Shown: positions 36,360 through 45,602, counted from the stretch's first letter. The stretch: 64,000 nucleotides of DNA from Candidatus Parcubacteria bacterium (GCA_023130975.1 JAGMAD010000006.1:23187-87186), one strand, 5' to 3'. Numbers and translations: made by a program. Notes: generated by a model from the letters alone, not told the origin.

Positions 36360-36557
36360 TTATTTAGATTCTAGAGGAATAAGTATTAATAAGACTAAAT
36401 ATAAAATAATCCCAATACCATTGGCAAAAATTAGTAATACAAAAAATATTCTTACCAACAAAGGATCGATTCCTAAATGTTTAGCTAAACCGCCACAAAC
36501 TCCTGCAATCATTCTATTATCTCTTGAACGATAAACTTTTTTTATTGGTTCTTCCAT
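36360..36557 (-). CDS. PspC domain small membrane protein
   Basis: MEEPIKKVYRSRDNRMIAGVCGGLAKHLGIDPLLVRIFFVLL; ATG 36557 preferred over track TTG 36584. Confidence 0.75.
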   Translation of the reverse strand: MEEPIKKVYRSRDNRMIAGVCGGLAKHLGIDPLLVRIFFVLLIFANGIGIILYLVLLILIPLESK

Positions 36558-36640
36558 AATTTTAATTATTTTATTAATTATCAACCTTTATTCTATTTTA
36601 CCAAAAAACCGCCTCTTTGGCGAGACGGCTTCGCTGCTCT

Positions 36641-36672
36641 GCTCCCCCTACAGAACGCATTTAGAACAGTTG
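36641..36672 (-). repeat. family-1 element with tRNA-trailer-like tail
   Basis: Minus reading CAACTGTTCTAAATGCGTTCTGTAGGGGGAGC, then AGAGCAGCGAAGCC as found after the tRNA-Asn 3' end. Confidence 0.55.
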
Positions 36673-36793
36673 ATTGGAAGAAAATAAGGGAAGAATTAGA
36701 GGTTTTTAGGATAAAAATTCCTGTTTCTGAAATGATATCAGCTTACAGTATAAAAAAGTAATGAAAAATAGAACTGACCCTATTTTTTCCTGT

Positions 36794-37546
36794 TTAATTT
36801 AATTCAAGCTCTGCAACAATGGGCAAATGGTCGGATATATCGGTATCTATGGTTTTAAAACTTTTGCATTTTAGCCTCTCCGAAATAAAAATATAATCAA
36901 GCTTCCATTTCAATTCTGTTTCCTCAAATCCTTTATAAGAAAATGGATGTTTCGTCCAAGTTGGATTATGTTCTTTATCTATATATGAAACTTCCTTGTC
37001 TATTTTTTTAATGACTTCTGATTTAAAGTGAGAATTAAAGTCACCCGCTATAATCATTGGTTGCTTGTCTTTTATTATTTCAATTACTTTTTCGGCTTCC
37101 TCAATTTTTATTGGCATGTCCGCGAAAGCAGGCGAATAAGTAAAATGTGTAGTAAAAACATAAAGCTTCTGTCCATTTATTTCAACTTTCACCTCTACCA
37201 AGTTTCTTGACTGTCTTTCGTAATCGTCTGTCCAATCCAAAGGTTTTAAATAATAATGGATATTGGAAGAAAGGACAGAAAATTTAGAAAAAATAGCATT
37301 GCCAAAAAAAATCTCCCTATCTCTTTCTTTTTTGTAAGTTATGGGAGCAATAATTCCTCTAAAATCAGGAAAAGCGTTTTCAAATTCGTGAAAAACATCA
37401 ATATTATTTAGCCCGAACTTAGGAAAATTTTTGGTTACTTCTTGAAGAACAAAAATATCTGGATTTTGACCTTTAATCAAATCAATTTCTTTTTTCCAAT
37501 TCTTGCCATACCAAAGATTAAAAGTAAGAAATCTAAAAGTAGTCAT
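36794..37546 (-). CDS. endonuclease/exonuclease/phosphatase (EEP) family protein
   Basis: 250 aa; FLTFNLWYG, DIFVLQEV, GDFN, SDHLPIVAELE. Confidence 0.85.
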   Translation of the reverse strand: MTTFRFLTFNLWYGKNWKKEIDLIKGQNPDIFVLQEVTKNFPKFGLNNIDVFHEFENAFPDFRGIIAPITYKKERDREIFFGNAIFSKFSVLSSNIHYYLKPLDWTDDYERQSRNLVEVKVEINGQKLYVFTTHFTYSPAFADMPIKIEEAEKVIEIIKDKQPMIIAGDFNSHFKSEVIKKIDKEVSYIDKEHNPTWTKHPFSYKGFEETELKWKLDYIFISERLKCKSFKTIDTDISDHLPIVAELELN

Positions 37547-37560
37547 GTCCTTATTCTACC

Positions 37561-37587
37561 AAAAAATCGCCTTTTTGGCGATTTTTT
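37561..37587. terminator. perfect palindromic terminator AAAAAATCGCC-ttttt-GGCGATTTTTT
   Basis: Read directly; immediately upstream (minus sense) of the TAGAAT promoter of 36794..37546. Confidence 0.6.
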
Positions 37588-37736
37588 TTGCATGTTCCGA
37601 GGAACGGACGACGTTCGAACCTATTTTATGACCACAAAAGAGTATTTTTACCTCCCAATTTTAGCCAGCCCATAAATTATACTGCAATTCTGATAAAATT
37701 TGACCAGACCATTCTTCTTTGATAGTATGAGATAAT

Positions 37737-38471
37737 ATGGAAAATATAAAAAAAGAAAAATACCTAAAATTAATTTTTGGAGTTATTTTAATTTCTCTTA
37801 TTCTTGGAGGAACATTTTTATTCACGGAAAAAAAGAAATTAGAAAAAGAGAATATTATATTGCAAAAAGAAATAAGTCAAAAAACAGATTTAACTTATCT
37901 ACTTGATAATCAATACTCATCTTTTTTTGAAGAAGTGCCAGAGGATTGGAAAACCTATCGGAATGAAAAATATGGATTTGAAATGAAGTATCCAAGTAAA
38001 ATAATGGAAGGGAAGTCCTTAGGTCTAATTGAGAAACCCTTGACAGGGACTACAATATATGGATTGGAGGCAATGGAAGATATCCATATCCCTTACGTTA
38101 AAGAAAAACAACCCTATGAGGAGTTATTTAAGATTGGTACGACCGTAATTCCCGGAGATTTACCAAAACTCGAATTTTTAATAACTGAAAGTTCTGGACA
38201 GAAATCTTTTTGTAGTAAATTTTTTTGTAATCGAAAATTATTTTATTTTAATGAAGGAATTCCTATTTATGAATTTTCAACTGGTTTTTTTGAAAAAGAT
38301 ATACTTGTAATTTCGAAGAGAGATTATTTTATAGTCAATGCAAAAGCGAAATTGATTTTCTATATTTGGTATGTTTATGATTCCGATGTTATTGAACCTG
38401 AGATAATAGAAAAGTATTTACCAATAACTGTTTTTGAAGGAGTTCTCTCAACTTTTAAATTTCTAAAATAA
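37737..38471 (+). CDS. membrane-anchored hypothetical protein
   Basis: 244 aa; N-terminal TM; no family recognised. Confidence 0.55.
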   Translation: MENIKKEKYLKLIFGVILISLILGGTFLFTEKKKLEKENIILQKEISQKTDLTYLLDNQYSSFFEEVPEDWKTYRNEKYGFEMKYPSKIMEGKSLGLIEKPLTGTTIYGLEAMEDIHIPYVKEKQPYEELFKIGTTVIPGDLPKLEFLITESSGQKSFCSKFFCNRKLFYFNEGIPIYEFSTGFFEKDILVISKRDYFIVNAKAKLIFYIWYVYDSDVIEPEIIEKYLPITVFEGVLSTFKFLK

Positions 38472-38543
38472 AAAGAGGGTAGAAAAAAGTGAACTACCCA
38501 ATTTTGTTAATTTTTTGCAAGAACTCTCTTTGTTATCTTACTT

Positions 38544-38816
38544 TCAGCAGAGATGTCCCGGGTAAGGACCATAGTAATAGTAGTAGTCTACCCCGGTGTA
38601 GGTTTTGTAGCCAGCGTTTCTCAACTTAGAAATAGTTGTGGTCCAGTGAGAGATTATCTCGCCATATCCAGGTGTGGCGTAACGATTTGGCTCCACATTG
38701 CCATTTGAGTCAATTATACCTATTGTATCCCCACTTCTGTAGACAACGATGGCTATATGCGGTGTGCCCGTGCTTCTTGGCTTGAAGATAATATCTCCTG
38801 GCCGAACTTCGTCGTT
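38544..38816 (-). pseudogene. NlpC/P60 (or CHAP)-type peptidase C-terminal remnant
   Basis: A 90-codon frame without a start: EVRPGDIIFKPRSTGTPHIAIVVYRSGDTIGIIDSNG.. This is the PGD-x-x-F ... H-x-A-I-V segment. The catalytic Cys region is missing and a TGA lies directly upstream. Confidence 0.6.
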
Positions 38817-38962
38817 TCAACATAAAACTCAACCCTTTTTTGAGTTGGAACTTTTTTTACAGTATTAAAAGCGACCCTTTCGCCTTTCTTGGTATAGAAA
38901 TGGACTTGGGTCTCTTGATTTTTATATTTTGTAGCGATAAAGCTGACCTTTTTCTTAGCCAT
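38753..38962 (-). CDS. small basic protein whose 3' end reads out-of-frame into the peptidase remnant
   Basis: MAKKKVSFIATKYKNQETQVHFYTKKGERVAFNTVKKVPTQKRVEFYVETTKF.. from ATG 38962. Confidence 0.4.
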   Translation of the reverse strand: MAKKKVSFIATKYKNQETQVHFYTKKGERVAFNTVKKVPTQKRVEFYVETTKFGQEILSSSQEARAHRI

Positions 38963-39120
38963 AATCTTGAAACTAAATCTTTTATTGTTATTATAACAAT
39001 AAAAGTAAAATAAAGTCAAAAAAGTATAAATACTAAAAATAAAACAATTTTAATTTTTTCTTTCATAGATTTTGTGACTTTCTTAATTCTAAACTACCAC
39101 TTTTCTACTCAAAAAACAAC

Positions 39121-39144
39121 AAAAAAACAGGGGTTTTGACCCTG
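39121..39144 (-). terminator. terminator after tRNA-Asn
   Basis: Minus reading CAGGGTcaaaACCCCTG plus T7. Confidence 0.7.
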
Positions 39145-39158
39145 CTTTCGCTACTCTG

Positions 39159-39454
39159 CTCTGCGGGTAGGATTCGAACCTACAACCTAAGGCTTACATC
39201 TAATCCTAACATTTCTATTAGGGATGGACTATCTCATCCCCCTTTTTTTAATTAAAAAGAGGGGGCGAGGCGCTATAAGTCTCTGAACCTTCCGAGCATA
39301 TAAAGCGTCATGTACTCGGCTTGGCTGCGGATTACCATTGATTCGATAAATCGACCATTAGGCTTCCCGCAATTCACCTCGTTTTTCATTTAGTATCTCT
39401 ACTAAAAGCTGCAAAAATTTACAGGCCCTCGCGCTACCATTGCGCCACCGCAGA
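39159..39454 (-). tRNA. tRNA-Asn(GUU) interrupted by a group I intron; CCA not encoded
   Basis: The exons 39454-39421 and 39196-39159 join into a 72-nt cloverleaf. It has acceptor TCTGCGG/CCGCAGA, D-loop AATGGTA, anticodon loop CTGT|TAA, T-arm GTAGG-TTCGAAT-CCTAC and G73. Confidence 0.85.
39197..39420 (-). ncRNA. group I intron (IC3-like) in the anticodon loop, no internal ORF
   Basis: P1 is CUGU/GCAG with U.G at the 5' splice site. Core strings are GCGGGAAGCCUAA, AAUCCGCAGCCAAGCCGAG, CUCGGAAGGUUCAGAGACU and GAUAGUCC. A terminal G precedes the 3' exon. Confidence 0.8.
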
Positions 39455-39485
39455 GCAAAATAGTGAAAAAAATATTTTAATAAAA

Positions 39486-40154
39486 CTATTTAAATATTCC
39501 TTCAATCCAACCCATTACTTTTCTGTGTAAATTAACATCATCAGCACCGACCCTTAAAACTCCATAAATATGTTTGACTTTTCTTAATCGATAAGGATTA
39601 TTTTTAACGATATAACTTTTTCTAAATTGAGTAAGAGGAATTTTTGTTATCTTAGACCAAAATTTTTTCGCTTTTCCTTCATCCAAATTATCGTGAATAT
39701 ATAAACTACAGCGAAATTTCTCTTCGGGGATTTTACAAAACTCTCGAAACCAATCCGCCATAAACTTTATTGCTCGAGGATCAGAATTAGAAAACTCAAC
39801 GTCGCCGTCTGTTTTACTTCCTTCTGCAAAATACATTGCTATTCCAGTTATAAATCTATCTCGTTTTGACAAGTTTCCCATCTCCTTTTTTCCTTCTTTT
39901 ATTAATTTCTCTGTAATTTCTTTTCGCTTCCTTATTTTATTCATCGCGGCGATAATACTTCCTTTTAACTGTCCTGTTTTTTTATTCAAATATAATTTTT
40001 CAAGCTGTTTTTTAGTTAACTCAACATCACGAACCCATAAACTTACAGAAGATAGCGAAACTTTTAATTTTCTTTGAATTTCTTTTACTGATAATCCTTT
40101 TTTTCTCAGTTCTCGAGCTTTCAATTTTAATTCTAATTTACCTGCATAACTCAT
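39486..40154 (-). CDS. free-standing HTH plus LAGLIDADG-type homing endonuclease (putative)
   Basis: 222 aa; N-terminal HTH LRKKGLSVKEIQRKLKVSLSSVSLWVRDV; single LAGLIDADG-like motif FITGIAMYFAEGSKTDGDVEFSNSD. Confidence 0.55.
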   Translation of the reverse strand: MSYAGKLELKLKARELRKKGLSVKEIQRKLKVSLSSVSLWVRDVELTKKQLEKLYLNKKTGQLKGSIIAAMNKIRKRKEITEKLIKEGKKEMGNLSKRDRFITGIAMYFAEGSKTDGDVEFSNSDPRAIKFMADWFREFCKIPEEKFRCSLYIHDNLDEGKAKKFWSKITKIPLTQFRKSYIVKNNPYRLRKVKHIYGVLRVGADDVNLHRKVMGWIEGIFK

Positions 40155-40162
40155 TATTTAAT

Positions 40163-40228
40163 TGTCGCATACCGAACCTACAATGTCAAGTTATATACTG
40201 CCTACTCTATCAATTGAACTACCGCAGA
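40163..40228 (-). pseudogene. decayed intron-less copy of the tRNA-Asn gene
   Basis: Minus reading TCTGCGGTAGTTCAATTGATAGAGTAGGCAGTATATAACTTGACATTGTAGGTTCGGTATGCGACA. It has the same acceptor 5' strand and TTGTAGGTTCG T-arm start. The anticodon stem and 3' acceptor are lost. Confidence 0.6.
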
Positions 40229-40362
40229 ATGTATTTTGTGTTTTTACTATAAATTAAAATATAAAACTTTTCAAGCTTTCCGTGAAAATCTTCTCGCATT
40301 CGCAAGAGATTCTTCGCTTCGTTCAGAATGACAATTGAAAATTGATTGAAAATTTTTATAAC

Positions 40363-41628
40363 TTAGTATCCTTTCAGTTTTTTCAATTTTTCATGCTCCC
40401 GAATTTTCTCAAGCGCCCGGGCTTCAATCTGGCGGATTCTCTCCCGGGTAACATCAAAAACATTACCTACTTCTTCAAGCGTATGGGTAATGCCGTCTCT
40501 TAAACCGAATCTCAAAGATAAAATTTCCTGCTCTCTGGGAGTTAAATCAATCAAAATTTCTTTTAACCGTTCCCGAAGCAGAGTCCGAGCAGCTTCCACG
40601 GATGGAGCAATAGTTTTTTTATCCTCAACAAATTCAGCTAAAATACTATCCTCTTCGTCCTCGCCTACCGGTGTTTCTAAAGAAACTGCTTCTTGGGAAA
40701 TTCTCATTATGTAATGAATCTTGGAAACATCAACTCCCATTTCTGCTGCCACTTCTTCCGGCAATGGTTCCCTGCCTAAATCCTGTAAAAGCCGCCGTCT
40801 GATCTGAGTGAATTTGGAAAGTGTCTCTATCATATGAACCGGGATCCTAATTGTTCTTGCCTGGTCAGCTAATGCCCGGGTAATTGCCTGCCTTATCCAC
40901 CAAGTAGCATAAGTGGAAAATTTATAGCCCCTTCGCCAATCAAACTTTTCTACTGCTCTAAATAAACCTAAATTTCCTTCCTGAATTAAGTCAAGCAAGC
41001 TCAAATTGGCACTTCTACCAATATATCTTTTGGCAATAGAAACCACTAACCGTAAATTAGCTTGAGCCAGTTTCTTTCTTGCTTCTTCATCTCCTTGCTC
41101 AATCTGCTTAGCTAATTCTTTTTCTTCAGCCGCAGTTAAGAATGCTACCCTGCCTATTTCTTTCAAATACATTTGAACCGAATCAATGGGCGCCTCCAGC
41201 GCTCTTTTCTTTTTTTTCTCAAAATCAGGAGGAAGCGGCTCCAGAAATTCTCTTACTTCTTTAACCTCAATTCCCTTATCTTCTAATTTCTGGTAAAGCT
41301 CTTCTAAACCATTTATGTCTTCTTCTATTCTGGGAAAAGAATGTAAAATCTCGGAAAAGGTAATAAAACCGCGAGGAGTTCCTTTTTTAATTAAATCTTC
41401 AATTTTTTCCGGGGTGATAATTTTTCCTTTCCTGACGATTCTTTTTACTTTCTTTACCTTCTTGACTTTCTTTACTTTAATTAATCTAAGCTTTTTCTTT
41501 TTCGCTCTGACCAGTTTCGGTTTCTTATTTAACTTGGTTTTCTTTTTGGTTTTTTTACTTATCTCTTTTTTATCCCGCACTTTTTGTGCATAAAAGGTGC
41601 TGGATTTTCTTTTTTTTATCTTTGGCAT
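40363..41628 (-). CDS. rpoD: RNA polymerase sigma factor RpoD with Lys-rich N-terminal extension
   Basis: 421 aa; [13 protein letters not shown] (region 2.4) and [24 protein letters not shown] (region 4.2). Confidence 0.93.
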   Translation of the reverse strand: MPKIKKRKSSTFYAQKVRDKKEISKKTKKKTKLNKKPKLVRAKKKKLRLIKVKKVKKVKKVKRIVRKGKIITPEKIEDLIKKGTPRGFITFSEILHSFPRIEEDINGLEELYQKLEDKGIEVKEVREFLEPLPPDFEKKKKRALEAPIDSVQMYLKEIGRVAFLTAAEEKELAKQIEQGDEEARKKLAQANLRLVVSIAKRYIGRSANLSLLDLIQEGNLGLFRAVEKFDWRRGYKFSTYATWWIRQAITRALADQARTIRIPVHMIETLSKFTQIRRRLLQDLGREPLPEEVAAEMGVDVSKIHYIMRISQEAVSLETPVGEDEEDSILAEFVEDKKTIAPSVEAARTLLRERLKEILIDLTPREQEILSLRFGLRDGITHTLEEVGNVFDVTRERIRQIEARALEKIREHEKLKKLKGY

Positions 41629-41629
41629 T

Positions 41630-43381
41630 TTAATTTTCGTTTAACCTTTGGCAGAGTTTGTTAAACTCCACGGTTAAGGAACTGATTTTTTCTAAATCTT
41701 TTGTTTCCTCGGCTTTTTTGATGGCTTGGGAAAGCTCATCTAATTTATTTTTTGATGCCAATAACTGAATTTCTTTTAAACAGGTCTCAATTTCTTCTTT
41801 CGGCTCAACTTCGCTTTCCTCTATTTCTCTTTTAAAACAAAGCTCATTTAAAAAGTTTTTCAGCTCTGGAGAAGTATCTTCTTTCTTAAAAAAATCCTGC
41901 TCTTTTTTAAGGTTAATTAAAATTTCTTTGGTCTGGCTGGAAAAAAGGGGAAAATAATCTTCTGAAACAAAGGACAGGTTTTCAGGCGACTTTAAGACCA
42001 AAGAGAGAATTCTTTCTTCCAAAAGTTCTTTTTTTGATTTGGGAGCCAGCTCTGATTTTTCTGCTTCTTTTGCTTCTTCTGAAAAATAATCCAGTTTTTC
42101 TATATTAGCTTTTTTTAGCTCAACTTCTATGTCTACTTCTTTTATTTCTATTTTTTGAGATAATTGCTGAATCCAGTGCGCCTGCTCAATTTTGTTAGGT
42201 ATTTTCTTGATTTTCGGCAAAAGGATTTTAGAAATTACTTTTTTTCCTTCAGCTGTTTTAGAATCAAATTTTGAAAAAGTTGTCTCAAAATAGAAATCCA
42301 TTATTGATTTTGTTTTATCTATTATTTCTTTCCACTGCTCTGGATTTTCAGAAGCAATATCAGCCGGGTCTTTTCCTTCTGGCATTATTGCTACTTTTAT
42401 ATTAAATCCCTGGACTTGAGCCAAATCAATGCCTTTTTTAGTGGCTGAATCACCAGCAATATCCATATCAAAAGCAGTAACTAAGTTCTCAGAATATCTT
42501 TTTAAAATAGCTAACTGAAAAGGAGTTAAAGCTGTTCCGGAAGTAGCCACCACATTTTCTACACAGGACTGATGGGACAGGATAACATCTGTCTGGCCTT
42601 CTACTAAAATACATTCATCTTCCTGCCTGATAGCCATTTTTGCTTTATTCAATCCATAAAGAATTCGGCTTTTGTCATATAAAGGAGTGTTAGGAGTGTT
42701 GACATATTTAGCCACTTCTTTGCTATCTCCAAATATTCGGCCAGTGAAGCCAACCACTTGGGAATTCAAATCAAAAATGGGAAACATTATTCTTTTTCTA
42801 AATCTATCATATTCCCCTCCTCCTCCTTCTTCTTTTTTTATAGCAAGTCCTGCTTTAATTATCTCTTCTCTTTTATAACCTTGAGAGACCAAAAAATCAG
42901 AAAGTCCCTCCCAGACATCAGGAGCATAACCAATACGCCATTTCTTTATTGAGTCCTCTGAGATTCCTCTTTCTAAGAGATATTTTTTTGCTTGTTGGCC
43001 GGTTTTTGATTCTAATTGTTTGCTGAAAAAATTTGCCGCCAAATCAGATATTTCATAAAGCCGCTGTCTTTCTGTCCTTATTTTCGGACTTATTTTTTTT
43101 AATTCCACTCCTGCTCTCTGGGCTAAAATTTTCAGGGCTTCGGGAAATTCCACCCCTTCTATTTTCATTATGAACTTGAAGACATCGCCGCCTTCTGAGC
43201 ACGAGCCAAAACAGTGCCACATTTGCCTTGAAGGCGAAACGAAAAAAGAAGGTCTTTTTTCTGAATGAAAAGGACAAATAGCCCGGTAATTAATCCCGGT
43301 CTTTTGCAGTTTGATATAACCGCCGATGACTTCAACAATATCCAAGCGATTTTTAATTTCGTCAATAGGCGAATTAAACAT
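41630..43381 (-). CDS. dnaG: DNA primase DnaG
   Basis: 583 aa; CHC2 zinc finger [13 protein letters not shown]; [15 protein letters not shown]. Confidence 0.92.
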   Translation of the reverse strand: MFNSPIDEIKNRLDIVEVIGGYIKLQKTGINYRAICPFHSEKRPSFFVSPSRQMWHCFGSCSEGGDVFKFIMKIEGVEFPEALKILAQRAGVELKKISPKIRTERQRLYEISDLAANFFSKQLESKTGQQAKKYLLERGISEDSIKKWRIGYAPDVWEGLSDFLVSQGYKREEIIKAGLAIKKEEGGGGEYDRFRKRIMFPIFDLNSQVVGFTGRIFGDSKEVAKYVNTPNTPLYDKSRILYGLNKAKMAIRQEDECILVEGQTDVILSHQSCVENVVATSGTALTPFQLAILKRYSENLVTAFDMDIAGDSATKKGIDLAQVQGFNIKVAIMPEGKDPADIASENPEQWKEIIDKTKSIMDFYFETTFSKFDSKTAEGKKVISKILLPKIKKIPNKIEQAHWIQQLSQKIEIKEVDIEVELKKANIEKLDYFSEEAKEAEKSELAPKSKKELLEERILSLVLKSPENLSFVSEDYFPLFSSQTKEILINLKKEQDFFKKEDTSPELKNFLNELCFKREIEESEVEPKEEIETCLKEIQLLASKNKLDELSQAIKKAEETKDLEKISSLTVEFNKLCQRLNEN

Positions 43382-43494
43382 ATACTTTATTGTTAAAATT
43401 TGCTATAATAGAACAAGATTGGTAAGATCAAGCTTTTTTAGTATAATCTACTACAATTTAGATTAACAAATCTTTAATATAAATACAAGATATT

Positions 43495-44673
43495 ATGAAA
43501 ATTTTATTTTTATATGATTTCCCTTTGTGGGGATCAGGAAGCGGAACCTATCTTCGGAATACGATTCAGGAGCTGGTAAAATTAAATCATAAAATAGGAA
43601 TTTTATGTCCAGAAGAAAGAAGGTTTTTAGCCGATGACATAAAACAATATACGGTAAGTCCTCCTCAATCCCCCATCTTTATTGGACATCCTGAATTAAA
43701 AGGAGCAAAAAGATATTCTGAATTATCGGAAAGAGAAATTACTGAAATCTATAAATCCTATTTAGATGCTTGCTTAGAGGCGGTAACAAATTTCGAACCT
43801 GACATTATTCATATCCATCATCTCTCTTTAATTTCCTGGATAGGAAGATATATTAGTGCGATTTACGGAATCAAGTACATTATTACTTCTCACGGAAGCT
43901 GTCTTTATAATCTCTACGGTGACAAGAGGTACATCCCTCTCTGTGAAGACGCGGTAAGGAATGCCAAAGCAATTACAGTAGTGAGCGGGGATACCAGAAT
44001 AAAATTCTCAAAATTATTTGGAAAAATTTTTGAAAAGAAAAATATTTTTGTTATCCCGGGAGGGGTAGATGTCTCTCTTTTTCCTTCTCAAGTAGATACA
44101 TCTTCCTTAGATAAAAAATATAAAATAGAAAATAAAAAAATGATTCTTTTTGCAGGTCGCTTAATTTCCCACAAAGGAACAAAATATTTAGTTAAGGCAG
44201 CAAAAGATATCGCTGGAGAAATTTTCATCGCAGGAGAAGGACCGGAGAAACAATACCTCTTGAATTTAATTGCCACCAAGGGTCTAAAAAACGTCCATCT
44301 CTTAGGCCACCAAACCGAAGAAAAAATGTTGAAATTTTATTACCGAGCCGACATCTTTGTCGCTCCTTCTGTTTGGGACGAACCCTTGGGTTTAACCATA
44401 TTAGAAGCAATGGCTTCCAGAACTCCGGTAATAGCAACCAGAAAAGGAGGAATCCCTCTTTTAGTTAAAAATGGATATAATGGTATTTTTGTGGAAGCTC
44501 GGAATCCAAAAAAGATCGCCAAGGCCTGCAATAAGCTTTTAGAAAATGATGAGTTAAGAAAAAAAATGGGAGAAAACGCCAGAAAAACAATTGAAGAAAA
44601 GTTCACCTGGAAAAAAATTGCCTTGAAGTTTCACCGTCTTTATAGAAAAATTAGTAAAAACAATAAAAAATAA
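43495..44673 (+). CDS. glycosyltransferase family 4
   Basis: 392 aa; EPLGLTILEAMASRTPVIATRKGGIP (E-x7-E region). Confidence 0.8.
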   Translation: MKILFLYDFPLWGSGSGTYLRNTIQELVKLNHKIGILCPEERRFLADDIKQYTVSPPQSPIFIGHPELKGAKRYSELSEREITEIYKSYLDACLEAVTNFEPDIIHIHHLSLISWIGRYISAIYGIKYIITSHGSCLYNLYGDKRYIPLCEDAVRNAKAITVVSGDTRIKFSKLFGKIFEKKNIFVIPGGVDVSLFPSQVDTSSLDKKYKIENKKMILFAGRLISHKGTKYLVKAAKDIAGEIFIAGEGPEKQYLLNLIATKGLKNVHLLGHQTEEKMLKFYYRADIFVAPSVWDEPLGLTILEAMASRTPVIATRKGGIPLLVKNGYNGIFVEARNPKKIAKACNKLLENDELRKKMGENARKTIEEKFTWKKIALKFHRLYRKISKNNKK

Positions 44674-44772
44674 AAGAGAAAATTCTTCTATATTTGCTCT
44701 TTTTGCCCAGTACAGGTATTATGCGGAGTTTGTCAAAATCCTTAGTTTCTAATCGAGAATTCTATTATGCTA

Positions 44773-44800
44773 TTGACAAATTGTGAAGAGGTGCTATAAT
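44773..44800 (+). promoter_or_regulatory. TTGACA-N16-TATAAT promoter
   Basis: Read directly, about 85 nt upstream of 44885. Confidence 0.5.
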
Positions 44801-44884
44801 TACAATATAGCATTTGAACAAGTAAATACGAGTTAGTAATACTGAAAATACAGAAAAGGAAAAAAAGAAAAAGAGGTGATTTAA

Positions 44885-45544
44885 TTGAAAGCAATAGTAG
44901 TTTTTGGATGCGGACCACAAAACAGTAACGAATTAACTCCTGTAGGAAAATTAGTTATTGAAGCAACGGCAAAATTTTTTTGCCAGTCCTCTGAAGAGAT
45001 GATGATAATCCCCACTGGAGGAAAAACAGGACAGAGCTTATTCTCGGAAGCGGAGGTAATGGAAGAAGAGCTAATCAGGTTAGGAGTGCCGAAAAAACGT
45101 ATTGTTCTGGAACCGAATGCAACAAATACGATAGAAAATCTTGCATTTGTGGCTAATGTCGTGGATAAGATGGGCTTAGATTATCTTATTCATATTACAA
45201 ACAGGGTTCATATGCCACAAGTAAAAGAACTCTGTAAATTGATAGAACTAGAGAAAATCTCAAGCTATGAAATCGCAGACGAGATAATAAAATGTGAAAT
45301 AGAAGATGTCAGAGCCGAAAATATAGATCGATGGATGCGAGGTCTCCGAGAAATTCCATTGTATTGGCTCCCTCAGATAGCCCAGATAGAAAATCCGAAA
45401 CGTTGGAAATACATCCTGTGCCAGCCGCGAATCAGAGATTTCCTAAAAGAAATGTACGGAATTGCTTATCCAGAAAAACTAAGTCAAGACCAGCTCCTCA
45501 AATTACAGGAGGAAATAAAAAAAGAAAAAAGAATTATGCCTTGA
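44885..45544 (+). CDS. DUF218 (YdcF/ElyC/SanA-like) protein
   Basis: 219 aa; TTG start with SD AGAGGTGA 6 nt upstream; SEAEVMEEELIRLGVPKKRIVLEPNATNTIEN. Confidence 0.65.
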   Translation: MKAIVVFGCGPQNSNELTPVGKLVIEATAKFFCQSSEEMMIIPTGGKTGQSLFSEAEVMEEELIRLGVPKKRIVLEPNATNTIENLAFVANVVDKMGLDYLIHITNRVHMPQVKELCKLIELEKISSYEIADEIIKCEIEDVRAENIDRWMRGLREIPLYWLPQIAQIENPKRWKYILCQPRIRDFLKEMYGIAYPEKLSQDQLLKLQEEIKKEKRIMP

Positions 45545-45602
45545 GAGGACAAATATTTATCCTCTCTTTTTATTTTAGAAAATTATGATAAAATAACTCA
45601 AT

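Noticed and set aside
20843-37623. Integron-like cassette array (same-orientation small ORFs each followed by a conserved site, that is attC)
   Set aside because: The repeats lack the R''/L''...L'/R' internal symmetry of attC. Each small gene has its own promoter-like hexamers and terminator, and no integrase is present in the window
39421-39454. Reading the tRNA 5' half as tRNA-Tyr (loop CTGTAAA, anticodon GTA)
   Set aside because: That reading leaves no complementary 3' anticodon-stem strand. The U.G P1 pairing and terminal G fix the splice sites to give CUGU|UAA (GUU, Asn), and the tRNA has a short variable loop, unlike bacterial tRNA-Tyr
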